Both the position numbers and the translations under genes were made by a program. Shown here piece after piece: positions 58,516 to 64,000 of a DNA stretch of 64,000 bases. The notes below the pieces were generated by a model, which was not told where the DNA came from, ran no database searches, and worked only from the letters and a program-made list of their open reading frames with translations. Location of the stretch: assembly GCA_035299385.1 (NCBI GenBank), contig DATGWQ010000130.1, positions 1,093 to 65,092 of the forward strand, in the 5' to 3' direction. Positions within the stretch are counted from its first letter, which is position 1. The number at the start of each line of letters is the position of its first letter. This DNA is from Bacteroidales bacterium (GTDB taxonomy: Bacteria; Bacteroidota; Bacteroidia; Bacteroidales; VadinHA17).

Positions 58516-58595
58516 CGGGCTTTAGGACTAAAGTCCTTTCGTGGCCGGCCTTTAGCCCGCTGGCTGAAGCCAGCGGTAATGAAGCCAGCGGTAAT
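58516..58595. repeat. Hairpins plus tandem 15-mer between the ncRNA terminator and the UbiD-family gene promoter
   Basis: aggac-taaa-gtcct (58524-58537). gctggc-tgaa-gccagc (58559-58574). gaagccagcggtaat x2 (58566-58580 and 58581-58595). Confidence 0.8.
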
Positions 58596-58600
58596 TTTAT

Positions 58601-58640
58601 AAAAACAAAAATGGGAATCAATCCTGAAGATTAACTCCCA
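58601..58640 (-). terminator. Intrinsic terminator of the orphan ncRNA unit
   Basis: Minus-strand RNA reads UGGGAGUUAAUC-UUCAG-GAUUGAUUCCCA. This is a 12-bp stem (2 G-U pairs) followed by U-UUUUGUUUUU. Confidence 0.75.
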
Positions 58641-59111
58641 TCCACCGTTTTCAACCGTAATTGAATCCGGCGTCAGGTTACTGTTATTATGACCGGCTGC
58701 TTCTGTGAATAAAAAGACATTTCTGAATTAAAACTCATTCTGCAGCCCCAAACCGTCAGGCATTGCTTTTTACGGCAGCACCATCCGGCTGTCCTTTTCT
58801 CCCGCCGGAGCGGAATTAAGGGACGAAGCGTCATTCAGGCCCCGCGGCACCATCCCGAGGGACAGATGACGGTTTCCAGCTTAATATCCGGACCGAAGTC
58901 CTTCAATTATCTGAAGCCCTGTGACTCAATCATTGAAAGAACGTTTCCGAGCTTCATTGACCTACTGAACATCTTGAGCTTTCGCCCCTGGTCCAGGTCT
59001 TCGGCTCTCCTGATATGCAGTCCCGGAGGTCTGACCGAAACGGATCGTGTTTCATTTAAGTAACCTTCTCCGCTTCCACATCATTCGAGCGGTCTTTTAT
59101 CGCTCACCTGA
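58601..59111 (-). ncRNA. Candidate large structured ncRNA (~510 nt), family not recognised
   Basis: Bounded by a consensus promoter and an intrinsic terminator. No minus-strand ORF >=60 aa. Visibly more G+C-rich than the flanking spacer. Hairpins include GGAC-UUCG-GUCC (58890-58901), GGGC-GAAA-GCUC (58976-58987), CCGC-UCCG-GCGG (58802-58813) and GACG-CUU-CGUC (58822-58832). Confidence 0.55.
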
Positions 59112-59116
59112 TAAAT

Positions 59117-59147
59117 CAAAGATACTACCAATTTTCCCAATAACAAA
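59117..59147 (-). promoter_or_regulatory. Bacteroidota sigma-A consensus promoter driving the ncRNA unit
   Basis: On the minus strand: TTTG (59144-59147), exactly 19 nt, then TATCTTTG (59117-59124), a perfect TAnnTTTG. Predicted TSS about 59109-59112. Confidence 0.65.
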
Positions 59148-59385
59148 CAAAATCACCCGCTTTTTTTCACACCGAATCAACACCATGTTCACATATTTGT
59201 TAATAACGTCTTGAATGCGCATAAAATCATCATTTGCGTATACATAAAAATAATCCTGAATTTATAAAAAAACTGCATTGATCCGGCTATTCTGAACACC
59301 CGTCTAAAATTCGGATACGCTTATCCTTATTTATTGGTTTTTCATCAAATCTTACAACCATTAACCTTAAACAAAAACAAAAGAA

Positions 59386-59511
59386 ACACGGAGACATGAG
59401 AACACGGAGGTACACGGAGGTGCACGGAGAAAATTGTAGGGACATGCCATGGCATGTCCCTACGATAAACCGCGATAAAACACGTAGGGACACGCCGTGG
59501 CGTGCCCCTAC
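59386..59511. repeat. Octamer tandem words plus twin 28-nt palindromic hairpins downstream of eno
   Basis: (a/g)cacggag x4 (59386, 59402, 59412, 59422). Perfect palindrome gtagggacatgccatggcatgtccctac (59436-59463). Related gtagggacacgccgtggcgtgcccctac (59484-59511). cgataaa x2 lies between them. Confidence 0.9.
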
Positions 59512-59533
59512 GAAATTAAATAACGTGAATTCT

Positions 59534-60823
<1,290 letters not shown>

Positions 60824-60897
60824 TTAAATTAAACACTTAAGCTGCACTGATTATGTAAAGATAAAAGTTAAAGTTATGTCTTTTGTCTCTTTTGAAA

Positions 60898-60935
60898 TAA
60901 AAAAGGGATCAAACCAAACCGATTCATCCCTTTTT
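60898..60935 (-). terminator. Terminator-like hairpin downstream of rplQ
   Basis: aaaaaaagggat ... atcccttttt inverted repeat, bidirectional in shape. On the minus strand the stem is followed by a U run. Confidence 0.6.
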
Positions 60936-60957
60936 CGCAATATAACTCAGTAAGCAT

Positions 60958-61494
60958 TTACTTTTCTTCAGGAACAGTACCTTCTTCGGGTTTTTCAGCT
61001 TCCGGAGCTTTTTCTGTTTCAGCTTTTGCAGCAGCAGGTTCACCTGCTTTTACATCTGCTGTTTCCTTCTTCTTTGAAGAAGCTCTTCTTCTCCTTGTGG
61101 TCTTTGTCTTTGCTGCTTCTCCTCCGAGCATTGCTTCATTGTAGTCAACGAGTTCGAGAATGCACATTTCGGCATTGTCGCCTATCCGGTTGCCGGTTTT
61201 CAGGATCCTTGTATAACCGCCCGGGCGCTCTGCAATCTTCGGGGAAACCTCCCTGAAAAGCTCGGCAACAGCTTCCTTGTCCTTCAGGTAGCTGAATACA
61301 ATCCTTCTCGAATGCGTTGAATCTTCCTTTGATTTTGTTATTAATGGTTCAACAAACGTGCGAAGGGCTTTTGCCTTTGCAGTTGTTGTTGTTATCCTTT
61401 TATGAAGGATCAGTGATGAAGCCATGTTGGAAAGCATCGATTTCCTGTGTGCACTTGTTCTTCCCAGATGGTTGATAACTCTTGAATGTCGCAT
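60958..61494 (-). CDS. rplQ: 50S ribosomal protein L17 with long K/E/A/P-rich C-terminal extension
   Basis: 178 aa. [22 protein letters not shown]-terminus. The low-complexity tail starts after about residue 120. Confidence 0.95.
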   Translation of the reverse strand: MRHSRVINHLGRTSAHRKSMLSNMASSLILHKRITTTTAKAKALRTFVEPLITKSKEDSTHSRRIVFSYLKDKEAVAELFREVSPKIAERPGGYTRILKTGNRIGDNAEMCILELVDYNEAMLGGEAAKTKTTRRRRASSKKKETADVKAGEPAAAKAETEKAPEAEKPEEGTVPEEK

Positions 61495-61521
61495 TTCTAA
61501 ATTTCCTTAACCGGTTTCAAA

Positions 61522-62514
61522 TTAATCTTTCTCTAACTTATATTTACTTACATCCATTCCGAAAGAGAGACTCATGGATTCAAGCAGCTCATCAAGCTCT
61601 GTGAGCGATTTCTTCCCGAAATTCCTGAATTTGAGCAGGTCGTTCTTATTAAATTTCACAAGATCACCCAATGTTTCCACCTCCGCAGCCTTAAGGCAGT
61701 TCAGGGCCCTGACTGACAGATCGAGATCGACCAGCTTTGTCTTGAGCAGCTGACGCATATGGAGCACTTCCTCATCGAATTCCTCATTCGCCATCTTATC
61801 GTCCGAATCGAGTGTGATCTTTTCGTCTGAGAAGAGCATGAAGTGGTAGATGAGGATCTTTGCAGCCTCTTTAAGGGCATCTTTCGGGTGAATTGATCCG
61901 TCTGTCTCTATTTCAAGAAGAAGCTTTTCGTAGTCGGTCTTCTGCTCAACACGGTAATTCTCTACTGAATATTTCACATTGCGTATCGGCGTGAAGATTG
62001 CATCGATGGCAATCAGTCCGAATTCGCTGTCTGCAGGCTCATTCTCTTCGGCCGGGATGTATCCGCGTCCTTTGCTGATGGTAAGCTCTATCTGGAGTTT
62101 CACATCAGGTTCCATCCTGAAGACCACCAGCTCGGGATTCAGGACTTCGAAGCTGGTGAGAGCGCTTTTCAGATGCCCTGCCTTGAAAACGTCCTGGCCA
62201 TTTAATTTAACTGTGACCTTTTCGTGATCTGCATCCTCAACTATTCTCCTGAAGCGGACCTGCTTGAGGTTGAGGATTATCTCGGTTACATCTTCCATAA
62301 CGCCGGTTATGGTAGAGAACTCATGGTCTATACCCTGTATTTTGACGGTTGTGATGGCATAACCTTCAAGGGAGGAAAGGAGTATCCTTCTGAGGGCATT
62401 CCCGACAGTGATACCATAACCTGGTTCAAGCGGACGGAATTCGAACTTTCCGGTCCGGTCGTCTGCTTCCAGCATTATAACTTTATCAGGCTTCTGGAAT
62501 GATAAAATGGCCAT
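61522..62514 (-). CDS. rpoA: DNA-directed RNA polymerase alpha subunit
   Basis: 330 aa. [17 protein letters not shown], with a C-terminal domain containing [10 protein letters not shown]. Confidence 0.97.
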   Translation of the reverse strand: MAILSFQKPDKVIMLEADDRTGKFEFRPLEPGYGITVGNALRRILLSSLEGYAITTVKIQGIDHEFSTITGVMEDVTEIILNLKQVRFRRIVEDADHEKVTVKLNGQDVFKAGHLKSALTSFEVLNPELVVFRMEPDVKLQIELTISKGRGYIPAEENEPADSEFGLIAIDAIFTPIRNVKYSVENYRVEQKTDYEKLLLEIETDGSIHPKDALKEAAKILIYHFMLFSDEKITLDSDDKMANEEFDEEVLHMRQLLKTKLVDLDLSVRALNCLKAAEVETLGDLVKFNKNDLLKFRNFGKKSLTELDELLESMSLSFGMDVSKYKLEKD

Positions 62515-62533
62515 AGATTATTTTGTTTATTTA

Positions 62534-63142
62534 TTACTTCGAATACAATTCAACGATAAGCTGTTCCCTGATGTTTTCGGGAATATCTGTACGCTCGGGG
62601 ATGCTCATGAACTTACCTGCCATCTGGGCATCGTCCCACTCCAGCCAGGGAAGCTTTGAAAAGCTTCTTGTTGTCAATGAATTGACAATAGCCTCGAGTG
62701 ATTTTGATTTTTCACGAACGCCGATGATGTCCCCCGGTTTAAGCTGGTAAGAAGGAATGTTTATCACCTGGCCGTTAACTGTAATATGCCTGTGAGAAAC
62801 AAGCTGCCTTGCGGCTGCCCTTGTCGGGGCAACTCCCAGACGGTAAACTGTATTGTCGAGACGTGCTTCGAGCATCTGGAGAAGCACCTCACCGGTAATC
62901 CCTTTGCTTCTTGAAGCTTTCACAAACGTATTGTGGAACTGACGTTCGAGTATTCCGTAGGTGTATTTTGCCTTCTGTTTTTCCCTGAGCTGAACACCGT
63001 ATTCGGAAGTTTTCTTTCTCTTCTTGTTCATACCATGCTGCCCCGGCGGAAAGTTTTTCCTTTCCAGGTGCTTATCGGGGCCAAAAATTGGTTCTCCGAA
63101 CTTTCTTGCAATTCTTGATTTTGGGCCGGTATATCTTGCCAT
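62534..63142 (-). CDS. rpsD: 30S ribosomal protein S4
   Basis: 202 aa. [16 protein letters not shown], with an S4 domain containing [10 protein letters not shown]. Confidence 0.97.
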   Translation of the reverse strand: MARYTGPKSRIARKFGEPIFGPDKHLERKNFPPGQHGMNKKRKKTSEYGVQLREKQKAKYTYGILERQFHNTFVKASRSKGITGEVLLQMLEARLDNTVYRLGVAPTRAAARQLVSHRHITVNGQVINIPSYQLKPGDIIGVREKSKSLEAIVNSLTTRSFSKLPWLEWDDAQMAGKFMSIPERTDIPENIREQLIVELYSK

Positions 63143-63207
63143 TTTGTCTTAAAAATATTTGTACTTACTTATTTATTATTTCGGATTTCAATCAATCGCC
63201 AAACCGC

Positions 63208-63225
63208 TCCCGATAGCTATCGGGA
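63208..63225. repeat. 18-nt perfect palindrome in the rpsK-rpsD spacer
   Basis: tcccgatagctatcggga, read directly. It lies 12 nt downstream of the rpsK stop. Confidence 0.8.
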
Positions 63226-63236
63226 CCGCAATTTCT

Positions 63237-63626
63237 TTAAACTCTTCTCCTTCCGGGTGCGCGGCAGCCATTATGCGGCATTGGAGTGACATCAATGATC
63301 TCTGTCACCTCGATACCCTGATTTGACAATGACCTGATAGCTGATTCACGTCCTGAACCCGGGCCTTTAACATAGACCTTTACTTTCCTCAGTCCAAGAT
63401 CGTATGCAATTTTAGAGCATTCTTCAGAAGCCATCTGGGCAGCATAAGGGGTGTTTTTCTTTGAACCCTTGAATCCCATCTTGCCGGCTGACGACCATGA
63501 TATCACCTGACCTGAATTATTCGTCAGGGTTACGATAATGTTATTAAAAGATGAATGAACATGAGCCTGGCCGGAAGGTTCAACCTTTACGACTCTCTTT
63601 TTTGCAGCTCCAGTCTTCTTTGCCAT
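63237..63626 (-). CDS. rpsK: 30S ribosomal protein S11
   Basis: 129 aa. [17 protein letters not shown], with a C-terminal ...[13 protein letters not shown]. Confidence 0.97.
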   Translation of the reverse strand: MAKKTGAAKKRVVKVEPSGQAHVHSSFNNIIVTLTNNSGQVISWSSAGKMGFKGSKKNTPYAAQMASEECSKIAYDLGLRKVKVYVKGPGSGRESAIRSLSNQGIEVTEIIDVTPMPHNGCRAPGRRRV

Positions 63627-63633
63627 ATTCTAT

Positions 63634-64000
63634 TTATTTAGTAGCTTTTTTCTTGTTTGCAACGGTTTTCTTACGTCCTTTTCTTGTCCTGGCGTTGTTC
63701 TTGGTGCTCTGACCGCGAACGGGAAGGCCGAGCCTGTGACGGACACCCCGGTAACATCCGATATCCATGAGCCTTTTGATATTGAGCTGTGTTTCGGAAC
63801 GGAGTTCACCTTCAAGCCTGTAATTATCATTAAGGATACGACGGATATCGTTGATCTGGTCGTCGGTCCATTCCTGGACTTTGGCATTCCTGTCAACACC
63901 AGCTTCGTCGAGGACCTTCTGTGCTGTGCTTCTGCCAACTCCATAAATATACGTCAGGCCTATTTCGCCTCTTTTATTTCTTGGTAAATCAACACCAACT
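63634..64000 (-). CDS. rpsM: 30S ribosomal protein S13 (5' end off window)
   Basis: Not in the ORF track. Manual reverse translation: [35 protein letters not shown]...[37 protein letters not shown]. Stop at 63634-63636. Confidence 0.9.
   Translation of the reverse strand, partial: VGVDLPRNKRGEIGLTYIYGVGRSTAQKVLDEAGVDRNAKVQEWTDDQINDIRRILNDNYRLEGELRSETQLNIKRLMDIGCYRGVRHRLGLPVRGQSTKNNARTRKGRKKTVANKKKATK

Noticed and set aside
58866-59063. 65-aa plus-strand ORF inside the candidate ncRNA locus
   Set aside because: I found no TAnnTTTG-type promoter for it upstream on the plus strand. There is no recognisable protein motif. Promoter and terminator signals both point to minus-strand transcription of a non-coding unit.
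58990-59110. Cobalamin riboswitch, suggested by GAGCCGAAGACCUGG resembling the 3' B12-box region and a 5' CAGGU that could pair with ACCUG
   Set aside because: The defining core (GGUG..AA..CC, CCCGC-ACUG, GCCACUG) is absent. The downstream gene is not a cobalamin-related transporter or enzyme. The unit continues for another ~400 nt to its own terminator.
58601-59111. Possibility that the structured RNA is RNase P RNA, tmRNA, SRP RNA or 6S RNA
   Set aside because: I could not find the universally conserved strings on either strand: GGAAAGUCCGG / ACAGAAnCCGGCUUA (RNase P), a tRNA-like GGUUCGAnUCC 3' end or an ANDENYALAA-type tag ORF (tmRNA), or GGUCCGGAAGGAAGCAGCC (SRP). At ~510 nt it is too long for 6S RNA. 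This is by-eye only and a covariance-model scan is still needed.
59287-59493. 68-aa minus-strand ORF spanning the eno-downstream repeats
   Set aside because: The reading frame runs through palindromic hairpins and word repeats. The translation is Cys/Phe/Arg/Leu-rich nonsense with no start context.
59436-59511. Twin 28-nt palindromic repeats as a minimal CRISPR array
   Set aside because: There are only two repeats, which are not identical, with a single 20-nt spacer. No cas genes or leader are present. The other tandem repeats in the window (7-15-nt units, no spacers) are also not CRISPR-like.
63630-63987. ORFs 63630-63944 (-) and 63736-63987 (+) from the track
   Set aside because: Both are wrong-frame or antisense readings across rpsM. 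The correct minus-strand frame gives a textbook S13 sequence ending at 63634 and runs off the window edge.

Overview
The window reads as a Bacteroidota chromosomal segment. Evidence: TTTG-N19-TAnnTTTG promoters, gldD/gldE, a T9SS C-terminal sorting domain, and tightly packed genes. I count about 62 protein genes, nearly all housekeeping. Recognisable blocks are korAB; murI-skp-skp-bamA-uppS; nadK/pdxJ; udk/manA; engB-prs-rplY-pth-hslR; rng-bS22-like-hup / ssb-gldE-gldD-PPTase-GGGPS; ychF; an ECF sigma module; hutH-hisS; ppk2; a UbiD-family decarboxylase; and eno plus the rpsM-rpsK-rpsD-rpoA-rplQ end of the ribosomal cluster. I found no rRNA, tRNA, CRISPR array, transposase, integrase or recognisable defence gene. 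Two genes are missing from the supplied ORF track because they run off the window edges: a PPDK_N-type paralog at 1-1316 and rpsM at 63634-64000. A 29-aa bS22-like ORF at 37144-37233 is also missing because it is too short. The best candidate for something undescribed is an orphan transcription unit of about 510 nt on the minus strand (58601-59111), between eno and the UbiD-family gene. It has a consensus Bacteroidota promoter, a strong intrinsic terminator, no ORF, and many tetraloop-capped hairpins, so I call it a candidate large structured ncRNA. I could not match it from memory to RNase P, tmRNA, SRP RNA or a cobalamin riboswitch. A second recurring oddity is that at least ten intergenic spacers carry locally duplicated short words and twin hairpins whose sequences differ between loci. 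Lesser points: tandem receiver-fused ATP-grasp paralogs, a CGCAGAT word array able to form alternative helices upstream of hslR, a degenerate kinase/PP2C convergent pair, a PafA-like phosphatase with substituted metal ligands, and a Tyr-rich secreted protein. All calls come from reading the sequence and translations. No database search was run.
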